From the NCBI GenBank assembly GCA_034003505.1, contig JAVEYK010000001.1, positions 140,074 to 204,073 of the forward strand: DNA of 64,000 bases, read 5' to 3'. The notes beneath the pieces are model-generated. The model was not told the origin of the DNA and searched no databases. It saw nothing but the letters and a program-made list of their open reading frames with translations. A program made the translations under genes and the position numbers. Shown piece after piece: positions 9,282-18,399 of this stretch. Source of the stretch: Anaerolineaceae bacterium (GTDB taxonomy: Bacteria; Chloroflexota; Anaerolineae; Anaerolineales; Anaerolineaceae). How positions within the stretch are numbered: the stretch's first letter is position 1; the number at the start of each line of letters is the position of its first letter.

Positions 9282-11408
9282 TTGATTACAAAAAAATCAC
9301 TCATAGAAGAGTTTAAGTTATTGGGAATCGAATCTGGTGACAATGTGTTTGTTCATAGCGCATACGCAACACTATCCAATTCACCTGGGGGCGTTGAAAA
9401 TGGGCCACAGACGGTGATCGATGCTTTGTTGGAGATTCTGGGGGAAGATGGCACACTCATCTTGCCCACATTTAACTACGATTTCTTGAGAGGGGAACAA
9501 TGGGATATTCGTAGTACCCCTTCACAAATGGGAATCCTGACAGAGTTGGTAAGGAAAGACCCGAGATCGAAGAGGATGTTCCACCCGATCTATTCAGTGG
9601 CAGCCATTGGAAAATTAGCTGGTGACATTGAAGCTCTTCGTTCTACTGATTGCTTTGGTGATACCACCATTTTCAAGAAATTACGCGATTGGCACGCAAA
9701 AATTCTAGTCATAGGGTTACCTTACAGTAAGTCCTTCACTTTTCTGCACCATTGCGAACAGGCAGCCAATGTCGACTATCGCTATCTCAAAGAATTTAAT
9801 GGCATAGCCATTGACCAGCATGGTACACAGCATGAAACCAGTATCACGATGTTTGTTCGGGATGTAGAAAAAGGGGTGGTGCTGGATTTTGAACCAATTG
9901 GTAAAATTCTCGATGAGAAAGTTGCTACTATTCGAAAAATCGGGGAAAGTACCGTACGATTGTTAGATTGCAATCAATCCTTCCAGGTTTCAATGCAAGC
10001 AATCCAGAATTTTCCTGGACCCGGTTTGACCTATCAAATTGAGAGCAAAGAAAAAGCAATCGATTGGATCCCGTCCCTAAAACCAATATCCAGTTTGAAA
10101 GATGTTTTAGCTGAATTTTTCCCCTTGCACCGTACATTGGCCTCTGCTGATATGGATAAAACGCTGGAAATCATCGGGTCTTATCTACCAGAAAATGCCA
10201 ATTACTACATTGAAACATTTCCTCCGCTCTCACAAGTCTGGACCTGGTACGTCCCCGAACGCTATGAAGTGGATAAAGCATATCTGGAGACGGAAGATAG
10301 AGAAAAAATTGTCGATTTCCAGGATAATTATTTACATTTATTATCCTATTCGCTGCCTGTCGATCAAATGCTGACCTGGGATGAATTAGAACCACATTTG
10401 TATTACAATGAGGAACTCCCCCACACCATCCCCTGGAAGTTTAAATATTATGAAAGAGATTGGGGATTTTGCCTTCCAAAAAATCAATTTGACCGTCTGC
10501 CGCGCGACAAACGTTACCATGCGGTTATAGATGCGGAATTTGATACTGATCCTGAAAAAGGATTTAAGGTAGGCACAGCTGTCATTCATCCCAAAGGTGG
10601 TCCCAACCCGGATGCCGGTGAAATTTTCATCATGGCACATGCCTGTCATCCAAACCAGGCCAATGATGATGCCGCAGGGGTTGTCACAGCCATTGAGATT
10701 GCCAGACGATTAGCCTCCAATCCGCTTCCAGTCGGTTCTATGAGCGTCCGTTTTTGGTTTGGTCCGGAAACGATTGGCACCATCACGTATCTTGCCAACC
10801 ATGAAGAAATCATTCCCAACTTCCGGGCTGGGATTTTCATCGAAATGACAGGTAACGACAATACCATCGCACTGCAAAGATCCCGACAGGACGACGAACT
10901 GATCGATAAAATTGGTCATTATGTGCTGACCAAATACAATTGCAAATTTCGGGAAGGTTCCTTCGCAGAAATAATTGCCAATGATGAGCGCGTTTTAAAT
11001 GGTCCTGGAATTAATGTGCCCACCATTTCATTAACCCGTTATCCCTATCCTGAATATCACACATCTGATGATAATTTATCCATCATGCATGAAGAAAAGT
11101 TAATGGAATCAGCAATCATAATCGAAGAAATTATCAGGGTCTTTTCTACCAATTATTTCCCGGTCAGAAAATTCCGAGGGCCAGTTTTTCTATCCGGGTA
11201 TGGCTTATTTGTTGATTGGCAGGATGACTGGGAATTGAACCGTAACATTGAGAAAATTATGATGCGGTTTGAAGGGGAACAATCGGTATTTGACATTGTG
11301 AAAGAGCTGGACCTTGACTACTGGGATACGCGAAAATATATCGAAAAATTCAGGCTGAACGACCTCATTGAAGCTATGCCGATTCCAAAAATTGCAGAGG
11401 AAAAGTAA
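9282..11408 (+). CDS. Fusion protein: AAC(3)-family N-acetyltransferase domain + DUF2172/DUF4910 (M28 aminopeptidase-like) + winged-helix tail
   Basis: TTG start 4-5 nt after GGAGG. The N-terminus LGIESGDNVFVHSAYATLS..ILPTFNYDF resembles aminoglycoside 3-N-acetyltransferase family proteins. The C-terminal ~430 aa (..HACHPNQANDDAAGV..EYHTSDDN..) resemble aminopeptidase-like DUF4910 proteins. Confidence 0.65.
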   Translation: MITKKSLIEEFKLLGIESGDNVFVHSAYATLSNSPGGVENGPQTVIDALLEILGEDGTLILPTFNYDFLRGEQWDIRSTPSQMGILTELVRKDPRSKRMFHPIYSVAAIGKLAGDIEALRSTDCFGDTTIFKKLRDWHAKILVIGLPYSKSFTFLHHCEQAANVDYRYLKEFNGIAIDQHGTQHETSITMFVRDVEKGVVLDFEPIGKILDEKVATIRKIGESTVRLLDCNQSFQVSMQAIQNFPGPGLTYQIESKEKAIDWIPSLKPISSLKDVLAEFFPLHRTLASADMDKTLEIIGSYLPENANYYIETFPPLSQVWTWYVPERYEVDKAYLETEDREKIVDFQDNYLHLLSYSLPVDQMLTWDELEPHLYYNEELPHTIPWKFKYYERDWGFCLPKNQFDRLPRDKRYHAVIDAEFDTDPEKGFKVGTAVIHPKGGPNPDAGEIFIMAHACHPNQANDDAAGVVTAIEIARRLASNPLPVGSMSVRFWFGPETIGTITYLANHEEIIPNFRAGIFIEMTGNDNTIALQRSRQDDELIDKIGHYVLTKYNCKFREGSFAEIIANDERVLNGPGINVPTISLTRYPYPEYHTSDDNLSIMHEEKLMESAIIIEEIIRVFSTNYFPVRKFRGPVFLSGYGLFVDWQDDWELNRNIEKIMMRFEGEQSVFDIVKELDLDYWDTRKYIEKFRLNDLIEAMPIPKIAEEK

Positions 11409-11467
11409 TATCAAAACCTGAACCATCAAAATGCCTGTGGGAATAAATCACCTGCTTTCTTTTTTCC

Positions 11468-11496
11468 TTTACGGGAAAGGCGAGCAAGAGTATAAT
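11468..11496 (+). promoter_or_regulatory. Putative sigma-70 promoter of tRNA-Pro
   Basis: TTTACG (11468-11473), 17-nt spacer, TATAAT (11491-11496). The -10 box ends 11 nt before the mature tRNA 5' end. Confidence 0.4.
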
Positions 11497-11507
11497 CCAG
11501 ACCACTG

Positions 11508-11582
11508 CGGGGCGTGGCTCAGCCCGGATAGAGTGCACGGTTCGGGTCCGTGAGGTCGGCGGTTCAAATCCGCCCGCCCCGA
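11508..11582 (+). tRNA. tRNA-Pro (anticodon CGG)
   Basis: I folded the cloverleaf by hand. Acceptor CGGGGCG/CGCCCCG (C1:G72, typical of bacterial tRNA-Pro). D stem GCTC/GAGT. Anticodon stem CACGG/CCGTG with loop TT-CGG-GT. T arm GGCGG-TTCAAAT-CCGCC. Discriminator A. CCA is not encoded. Confidence 0.9.
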
Positions 11583-11586
11583 CTAA

Positions 11587-11615
11587 AAAAGTTGATTCAC
11601 TCGATCAACTTTTTT
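11587..11615 (+). terminator. Rho-independent terminator after tRNA-Pro
   Basis: AAAAGTTGAT (11587-11596) pairs with ATCAACTTTT (11604-11613), with a 7-nt loop and a T-run. Confidence 0.7.
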
Positions 11616-11650
11616 GTTTAACCATAAGAATAAATTTTTTTCAGAACTGA

Positions 11651-13117
11651 TCAAATTTCACTGTATTTCTTATCCACAAAACTCTCCGCCAATTTCACCA
11701 TCTTATACACATCATCAAAATTAGAGACCAGACCCAGGGAGACCCGCACAGCACCGGTACTTTTTTCAGCCAGACAGGTGCGGAAATCCTGATATTCGAA
11801 ATTCGTCTTGATGGCAAAACAGGAGGTTAGCTCATCAGCTGAAAGCCCCAATGCCATTTCACCATCTCCCGGATTACAAAAGCAACCTGAACGCAAGGAG
11901 ATACCCATTTCATTGGCTCTGGCTTCCACGAGTAAATGATCAATAAAATGTCCATCCGGATCATAGAAATTCATCGCAATGGTGCCGCCGCGGTTTTCCA
12001 TGCTTTCTGGACCATAAATGCTGATCAGCTTGTGACCATTACTATGCTGGATATTGGCTAATTTTTTGATGACCCATCCAGTCAAATTGATAATCCTTTG
12101 ATGGATCGATTCATACCCAATCGAAGAAATATGATCAAGCCCGATTTCAATCGCCGGGAGGGTTAAATAATTCAAGGTTCCATCCTCAAATCCTTCAGAA
12201 CCTTGATGCAGGTAGAACTTATCGCCTTTCACCGATGCCACCGTGATCGTTCCACCCGCAAACCATGGACGCTGCAATTTGCTCAAGGACTCTCTGCGGG
12301 CTAAAAGTAAGCCCACCCCGGTGGGGTATCCGAACATCTTGTAAAAAGACAGGGTGACAAAATCGGGATGGTAAATCTGCAAGTCAAGCGGATTTGTAGG
12401 AACAAAGGCAGCCGCATCCAGTACAACATCCCAACCAGCTTCTTTTGCAATGGCTATCCAGTCCAAAGAGTGTTGCACACCCGAAAAGTTCGATTGCGCC
12501 GGGAAAGCAAATAAGCTGTCAGCCTCAGGATTTTTATTCTTCAATTGACAACGTAATTCTTCCTGGTCCACTTGTAAATCTGGCAATAGAACCGGAATAT
12601 AATTAATTTTTGCGCCTTTGGCACGGGCATATTCACGGATACCATTCACTGAATTGTGATTATCATAGGTCAATAGATAATGACTCTGCGTTGTAAAGGG
12701 ATAGGATTCCCCCACCAATTTCAGTGAACCACTGGCATTATTTGTAAAAATACAAATGTATTCCTGCGGATCGGCGTGGAAGAATTTCAACACCGACTCA
12801 CGGGTTTTTTCAATCAATCTGGTCATGGCCAATGAAGTGGGATTGCTGGAGTGTGGATTGCCAAAAACATTTTCCTGTAACAGTTGATGGTGTTGCTTCA
12901 CCTGTGATTGAGCATACAGGCCAGCCCCGGTGAAATCCAGATAAACATGTCCCTGACGATCCAGATTGGGATAATCTATTTCCCTGAGTGTATCTATTGC
13001 GCTGGTCCTTAAAAAATCAGGATATTCCATCAGAAATATCTGCCGTTCCTGTTCCAGAGAAAGTAATCTCGTAGAATCTGTACTCCGCCTGGATTGTGAA
13101 AAATTGATATTGTCCAT
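11651..13117 (-). CDS. Class V aminotransferase-fold PLP enzyme, molybdenum-cofactor-sulfurase (MOCOS) N-domain-like, no MOSC domain
   Basis: The PLP-lysine motif SFYKMFGYPTGVGLLLARR closely resembles the MOCOS/ABA3 desulfurase domain. The protein is 488 aa and ends without a MOSC/beta-barrel extension. Confidence 0.65.
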   Translation of the reverse strand: MDNINFSQSRRSTDSTRLLSLEQERQIFLMEYPDFLRTSAIDTLREIDYPNLDRQGHVYLDFTGAGLYAQSQVKQHHQLLQENVFGNPHSSNPTSLAMTRLIEKTRESVLKFFHADPQEYICIFTNNASGSLKLVGESYPFTTQSHYLLTYDNHNSVNGIREYARAKGAKINYIPVLLPDLQVDQEELRCQLKNKNPEADSLFAFPAQSNFSGVQHSLDWIAIAKEAGWDVVLDAAAFVPTNPLDLQIYHPDFVTLSFYKMFGYPTGVGLLLARRESLSKLQRPWFAGGTITVASVKGDKFYLHQGSEGFEDGTLNYLTLPAIEIGLDHISSIGYESIHQRIINLTGWVIKKLANIQHSNGHKLISIYGPESMENRGGTIAMNFYDPDGHFIDHLLVEARANEMGISLRSGCFCNPGDGEMALGLSADELTSCFAIKTNFEYQDFRTCLAEKSTGAVRVSLGLVSNFDDVYKMVKLAESFVDKKYSEI

Positions 13118-13251
13118 GTTAATACCTCATCAAAATTTTTCGATTGGTTTTATTATAGCGGTTCTTGATTTCATCTCAATAATCAGGAATATGTGTTTTT
13201 GTACAGGTTTGGTCATTTGGGATTTTAATTAATCAGTGTTAAAATCACAGG

Positions 13252-14217
13252 ATGACGAAAAAAGATTTGTATCCCTTGTTTCTTGAGCCAACCATAAAAA
13301 ATTATATCTGGGGTGGAACAACTTTTAAGAAATTCCTGAATGGTAAAAAGGATCACTCTGAGCACATCGCTGAAGTTTGGGTATTTTATGGTCACAATCA
13401 AATAAAAAATGGACCATGGGCCGCAAAAACGCTCAGGGAATTGGTCAATCTTTGTGGACCAGACTTATTGGGATCTTTTTACCCATCCACGAATTTTGAG
13501 AATTTCCCACTACTGATCAAATTACTTGATTGTCAGGAGTGGTTATCCATTCAGGTGCACCCGAACGATCAACAAGCCGTAGATCTCGAAGGCGCAGGGT
13601 TTAACGGGAAAACAGAAGGCTGGTATATTTTGGATGCCGCACCAGATGCTCAATTGATCGCCGGACTGAAAGCGGATATCGATCAGGACGCACTGGCAAT
13701 TGCCATCCGAAATGGAACGATCACATCACAGCTTCGATATCACTCCATCCAAAAAGATGACTTTATATTCATTCCAGCTGGCACCATCCACGCCTTAGGC
13801 CCGGGAGCACTTGTGTATGAGATCCAACAAAATTCGGATGTAACATATCGGGTCTATGATTGGGATCGGCCTGCTTCCAATGGGCGACCTTTACACATCG
13901 AAAAATCACTTTCCGTCACGAATACGAAGGTTGAAGCCACCCTTCATAAAGCACAAAATCAACAGATTCAGAAAATCTTCACCTGCGATTATTTTTCTTT
14001 GGATTTATACCAATCTCCAGGTTTAGATTTTGAATTGCAACCGAACGGTGAAAGTTTTCATGCATTGACTGTTATCGCTGGGTCTGCTGAATTTGATTCG
14101 GAGAGCGATCACTTTATCCTCAATCAGTACGAAAGCGTTCTGGTTCCTGCCAGTTACCCACAATATCACTTGCAGGGTGACTTTAAAATCCTCAAAGGTT
14201 GCCTGAACAGAAAATAA
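13252..14217 (+). CDS. manA: Mannose-6-phosphate isomerase, class I
   Basis: 321 aa cupin with LSIQVHPND, KTEGWYIL and IPAGTIHALG motifs typical of bacterial type I PMI. Confidence 0.8.
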   Translation: MTKKDLYPLFLEPTIKNYIWGGTTFKKFLNGKKDHSEHIAEVWVFYGHNQIKNGPWAAKTLRELVNLCGPDLLGSFYPSTNFENFPLLIKLLDCQEWLSIQVHPNDQQAVDLEGAGFNGKTEGWYILDAAPDAQLIAGLKADIDQDALAIAIRNGTITSQLRYHSIQKDDFIFIPAGTIHALGPGALVYEIQQNSDVTYRVYDWDRPASNGRPLHIEKSLSVTNTKVEATLHKAQNQQIQKIFTCDYFSLDLYQSPGLDFELQPNGESFHALTVIAGSAEFDSESDHFILNQYESVLVPASYPQYHLQGDFKILKGCLNRK

Positions 14218-14225
14218 GGATTAAC

Positions 14226-15311
14226 ATGACCGAGAAAAAACCAACCATTCTCGTTGCCGTCAGCGGCGGTGTTGACAGTTCCGTGGTAGCTGCCATGCTG
14301 GCGGAGCAAGGTTATCCCATTATTGGCGTCATGCTGCATCTGTGGAGTGAAGCCGGAAAAGAATGCGAAAATAAATGCTGCACACCACAATCCATGGAAG
14401 AAGCGCGCAAATCTGCTAAAACCATCGGGTATCCATTTCATGTGATTGATGCGGCTGAAATTTTTCGAAAGCAAATCGTTCAATATTTTTTAGATGAATA
14501 TCGTCATAGCAAAACACCCAACCCCTGTGTGGTGTGCAACAAGGATATCAAGTGGGGATTGCTTTTTGATAAATTAAACGAGTTTGGCGCAGATTATTTA
14601 GCAACCGGTCATTACGTCAGATTGGAAAAAGATTCTGGTTCAAAAATCAAAGTACTCAAAGCCAAAGACGCATTAAAAGATCAATCCTACGTCATGTGTA
14701 TGCTGCACCAGGAACAATTACAGAAAACGATGTTTCCACTTGGAGATTTGCTGAAAACGGAAGTGCGCGAATTAGCCAGAAAATATGACCTTCCCATGGC
14801 AGAGAAAAAAGACAGCCAGGATCTGTGTTTTGTTTCGGATGACAGTTACCGTGACTTCTTACTGCGAAATGCACCGGATATTGCCCGACCCGGCAAAATT
14901 ATGGATCGCCACGGCAATCAGTTAGGTGACCATCAAGGACTGGCATTTTATACGATAGGCCAACGCAAAGGGATTCGCGTTGCAGCTGCTGAACCTTTAT
15001 ACGTTCTGGAGAAAATTTCGCCCGAGAATATCCTGGTCGTTGGTACCGCGGATGATCTCAATCAAAAAACGATCCTGGTGAAAGATGTAAACTGGATCAG
15101 TGGTGAGGTGCCCCCATCCAGCTTTGAAGCTGACGTCAAAATCCGCTATAAAGCCGATCAGCGACAGGCACACATCACTCCTCAAGATCATCAAAAAGTC
15201 AAAATTGAATTTGAACAACCTGTCCGAGATGCTACACCTGGTCAATATGCTGTTTTTTACCAGGGGGACGAATTGTTGGGCGGTGGAGAAATCGAAAAAA
15301 CGATCGCATAA
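14226..15311 (+). CDS. mnmA: tRNA 2-thiouridine(34) synthase MnmA
   Basis: PP-loop ILVAVSGGVDSSV, plus NPCVVCN and DSQDLCF motifs. I chose the ATG at 14226 over the track start at 14199. Confidence 0.9.
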   Translation: MTEKKPTILVAVSGGVDSSVVAAMLAEQGYPIIGVMLHLWSEAGKECENKCCTPQSMEEARKSAKTIGYPFHVIDAAEIFRKQIVQYFLDEYRHSKTPNPCVVCNKDIKWGLLFDKLNEFGADYLATGHYVRLEKDSGSKIKVLKAKDALKDQSYVMCMLHQEQLQKTMFPLGDLLKTEVRELARKYDLPMAEKKDSQDLCFVSDDSYRDFLLRNAPDIARPGKIMDRHGNQLGDHQGLAFYTIGQRKGIRVAAAEPLYVLEKISPENILVVGTADDLNQKTILVKDVNWISGEVPPSSFEADVKIRYKADQRQAHITPQDHQKVKIEFEQPVRDATPGQYAVFYQGDELLGGGEIEKTIA

Positions 15312-15457
15312 GATAGATCGGAATTCATTAAAAGATCAAATCACCTTGAAAGTTAGGTTCTCTTTCAATCAATAAGGGTTTTTAATCTCTTGATAAATTT
15401 CCTATCATCTCTACTTATTATCCATTATTATGATATATAATATCTAATTATTCTTTC

Positions 15458-15910
15458 ATGGAGTTTATTATGGATACATCAGCACAAAATCAAAAAGGAA
15501 TCCCTCATCCTATCGTTACATTAAACAGAGCGGTATTAACTTTCGGTATCCTGTTGGCACTCCTCACCCAGCAGATTTGGATCACAACCATTCTATTTCT
15601 GATTTTATTGCCAGGCACATTTTTGGGGAAACGATATAACCTCATCTATTTTGTTGGAAAAACCTTGATGAAAGATCAAATAAAAAATTCAAGTTACGAA
15701 GATGCTGGTTTACAAAGGTTTAACAGCATTATTGCTGCAACATTACTCGGTCTCGCTCAAATTTCCTTTTTAATGGGGTTTCACATCCTTGGTTGGATTT
15801 TTTCTGTTTTGGTTATGCTGGCGTCTGGTGTTGCCTTGTTAGGTTTTTGTATTGGTTGTTTTCTTTATTATCAATTCAAAATTCAACGCTATCGCCTATT
15901 TGGCCCATGA
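15458..15910 (+). CDS. DUF4395-like membrane protein
   Basis: 150 aa with 4 hydrophobic helices and the C-terminal GFCIGCFLYYQF motif characteristic of DUF4395. Confidence 0.6.
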   Translation: MEFIMDTSAQNQKGIPHPIVTLNRAVLTFGILLALLTQQIWITTILFLILLPGTFLGKRYNLIYFVGKTLMKDQIKNSSYEDAGLQRFNSIIAATLLGLAQISFLMGFHILGWIFSVLVMLASGVALLGFCIGCFLYYQFKIQRYRLFGP

Positions 15911-16534
15911 TCATTTTTTGGTTTTCAGGTTATTGAGGCCAGCATAAAAAGCTTTTTTATTAAAAGAATAGTATTTCTGTGGGATTTTGGATGCAATTAC
16001 GTTTAATACAGCTTCGGGATCAATTTCCAGAAGCATTGTTAGGGCACCCACAAGCACAACATTGGATGCTTTTGGATATCCAATCTCCTCAGCCAGGTCC
16101 TGCCCTTTCACCCAATAGACATTGGATGTGAATTTTTCCAGGGTCTCCTGGATGTGGTCATCTTCTGGATATTCCGACATACCTGAACTAACGGTCACGG
16201 GTACAATCGCATAATCATTGATTACCATTAAACCATCTGGCTTGATCTGCTCCACCGCGCGTAAAGCTTCCAGTTTTTCAAATGCAAGAACAATGTCCGC
16301 CTCTCCTTTGGTGATGATTGGTGAATAAACATGTTCACCCCACCGAATATAAGAAATTACGTTTCCACCACGTTGAGACATACCATGGATTTCCGCTTTT
16401 TTTACATCAAACCCTAAAGACATACCGAGTTCTGCGAGCACATTGCTGGCGAGGATGGTCCCCTGACCGCCCACCCCTGTCAACAAGAAGTTGATACCGT
16501 TGGGATATTTACCCATCAATCCATTGATATCCAT
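15911..16534 (-). CDS. iorB: Indolepyruvate:ferredoxin oxidoreductase, beta subunit
   Basis: 207 aa with the GVGGQGTILAS motif of the 2-oxoacid:ferredoxin oxidoreductase gamma-type domain. It lies 1 nt downstream of iorA. Confidence 0.8.
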   Translation of the reverse strand: MDINGLMGKYPNGINFLLTGVGGQGTILASNVLAELGMSLGFDVKKAEIHGMSQRGGNVISYIRWGEHVYSPIITKGEADIVLAFEKLEALRAVEQIKPDGLMVINDYAIVPVTVSSGMSEYPEDDHIQETLEKFTSNVYWVKGQDLAEEIGYPKASNVVLVGALTMLLEIDPEAVLNVIASKIPQKYYSFNKKAFYAGLNNLKTKK

Positions 16535-16535
16535 T

Positions 16536-18377
16536 TCAAACCTCTTCTGACGTTCTCAATGCAATCACCTGATCTCGAAATAAGATTGCATCTCTGGGAC
16601 AAACCTGGGCACAAATTTCACAACCCGTGCACAATTCCTGGTCAATGATTGCCAGCGGTCGGTGATATTTGGGATCCATTTGATCTGATTTAAGAATAGC
16701 TGGACAACCAATTCGGAAACATACAGTGCAACCATTGCATTGATCGGTCACCTGTAATGGCAGGTAGCGTTTTCTGGCTGAAGGGAGTAAGGCACATTCT
16801 TCCCTGGTAATTAAAACCGCAGGGCCATCTTCTTTCAGCCATTTTTTGAGCGTTTTCTCGATCACATCCACCTGGAATGCCTCTACGGTTAATACCTTTT
16901 CAATGCCACAAGCCAGCACTAATTTTTCAATATCCAATTCAATTGTCGCCTGATTCTGCAGGGTAAATCCTGTCCCAGGATTATCCTGATGGCCAGTCAT
17001 GCCGGTTACGCGATTATCCATGATGATGGTAATCACATTACTGCGATTGTAGGCAACGTTGATCAGAGCCGGGATGCCGGTGTGAAAAAAAGTAGAATCA
17101 CCAATCACTGCTACATGCCGTTCCTTATCTCCTGCTACCGCAGCCCCATGTGCAACACCAATACTTGCCCCCATACAACCACAGGTGTCAATTGTGGAGA
17201 GTGGTGGTGCTACCCCTAAGGTGTAACAACCGATATCTCCATTGACCGGCACTTTTAATTTGGATAAAACATAGAATGATGAACGATGTGGACAGCCAGG
17301 GCACAGAGTGGGTGGACGAGCAGGGATGGGAATATCCAGATTGGACAGTTCTTTCTTCACTGATGTTTCAAGAAGTCCTGCTTTTTCAGCTGACTGCCTG
17401 ACCACAGCTGGATTTAATTCTCCTGTGATGGGGAAAATGGATTTCGTATGGGCATCATCACCATTTAATTTAATTTGAGGTTTAAAAAGTTCTATCCCCA
17501 TTAGTCGAACCTGGTCCTCAATAAATGGATCAAGTTCTTCCAATACGATGACATTCTCCATGGATTTACAAAATGAGCGCACCATTTCCACCGGTAGAGG
17601 ATAAACCATTCCCAATTTCAGGATACTGGCATTCGGGAAAACTTCACGTGCATATTGGTAGGCGATCCCTCCCGTAATAATCCCTAGATCTCGTTTCCGA
17701 TATTCGATTTTGTTATGTGGGAAATTCTCAGCAAATTTGGATAATTCACTTACTCTTTCTTCAATCACTGGATGTCGCCGGTGGGCATTTGCCGGGATCA
17801 TCACATATTTCGCTGGATTGCGGGGATATTTTCCTGGTTCAGGAATTTGTTGCTGCTGTTCTGTTACTTCAACGGGCGAACTGGTATGGCAGACCCGCGT
17901 CGTCATGCGTAGTAGCACGGGGGTATCAAAACGCTCACTTAAATCAAAAGCAGCTATCGTAAAATCCCGGGCTTCCTGACTATCGGCTGGATCCAGGCAT
18001 GGGATTCTGGAAAACTTAGCAAATTGGCGGTTATCCTGCTCGTTTTGTGAGGAATGCATGGACGGATCATCCGCAGAAACAATCACCAGACCCGCTTCAA
18101 CACCTGTCATTGCCACATAGAACAATGCATCGGCTGCCACATTGAGACCAACATGTTTCATGGTGGATAAGGTTCGTTTTCCTGCATAGGCTGCCCCTAT
18201 GGCAACATCCAACCCTACTTTTTCATTAGTTGCCCATTCAGCGTAGACATTTGGATAGCGGGCAAACGTCTCCATGATCTCAGTACTGGGTGTGCCCGGA
18301 TAACCAGAAGCAACGGAACAACCCGCTTCCCATGCCCCTCTGGCAACTGCTTCATTCCCCGATAATATTCTTTTCAT
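16536..18377 (-). CDS. iorA: Indolepyruvate:ferredoxin oxidoreductase, alpha subunit
   Basis: TPP-binding GDSTFFHTG, and two 4Fe-4S motifs (CNGCTVC..CP, CTGCEICAQVCP). I chose the start at MKRILSGNEAVARG (18377). The track ORF runs to 18443 and would overlap the upstream gene. Confidence 0.85.
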   Translation of the reverse strand: MKRILSGNEAVARGAWEAGCSVASGYPGTPSTEIMETFARYPNVYAEWATNEKVGLDVAIGAAYAGKRTLSTMKHVGLNVAADALFYVAMTGVEAGLVIVSADDPSMHSSQNEQDNRQFAKFSRIPCLDPADSQEARDFTIAAFDLSERFDTPVLLRMTTRVCHTSSPVEVTEQQQQIPEPGKYPRNPAKYVMIPANAHRRHPVIEERVSELSKFAENFPHNKIEYRKRDLGIITGGIAYQYAREVFPNASILKLGMVYPLPVEMVRSFCKSMENVIVLEELDPFIEDQVRLMGIELFKPQIKLNGDDAHTKSIFPITGELNPAVVRQSAEKAGLLETSVKKELSNLDIPIPARPPTLCPGCPHRSSFYVLSKLKVPVNGDIGCYTLGVAPPLSTIDTCGCMGASIGVAHGAAVAGDKERHVAVIGDSTFFHTGIPALINVAYNRSNVITIIMDNRVTGMTGHQDNPGTGFTLQNQATIELDIEKLVLACGIEKVLTVEAFQVDVIEKTLKKWLKEDGPAVLITREECALLPSARKRYLPLQVTDQCNGCTVCFRIGCPAILKSDQMDPKYHRPLAIIDQELCTGCEICAQVCPRDAILFRDQVIALRTSEEV

Positions 18378-18399
18378 CAACACCTCCACTTTATCCGGA

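Noticed and set aside
9131-9316. 61-aa plus-strand ORF in the leader of the AAC(3)-fusion gene.
   Set aside because: It has no SD, a basic and Cys-rich composition, and it runs into the start of the downstream gene. The region is better explained by the inverted repeat.
11409-11650. tRNA-Pro as a possible integration hotspot or genomic-island border.
   Set aside because: There is no integrase, no direct repeat of the tRNA 3' end, and no compositional break that I can see. The flanking genes are ordinary metabolic genes.
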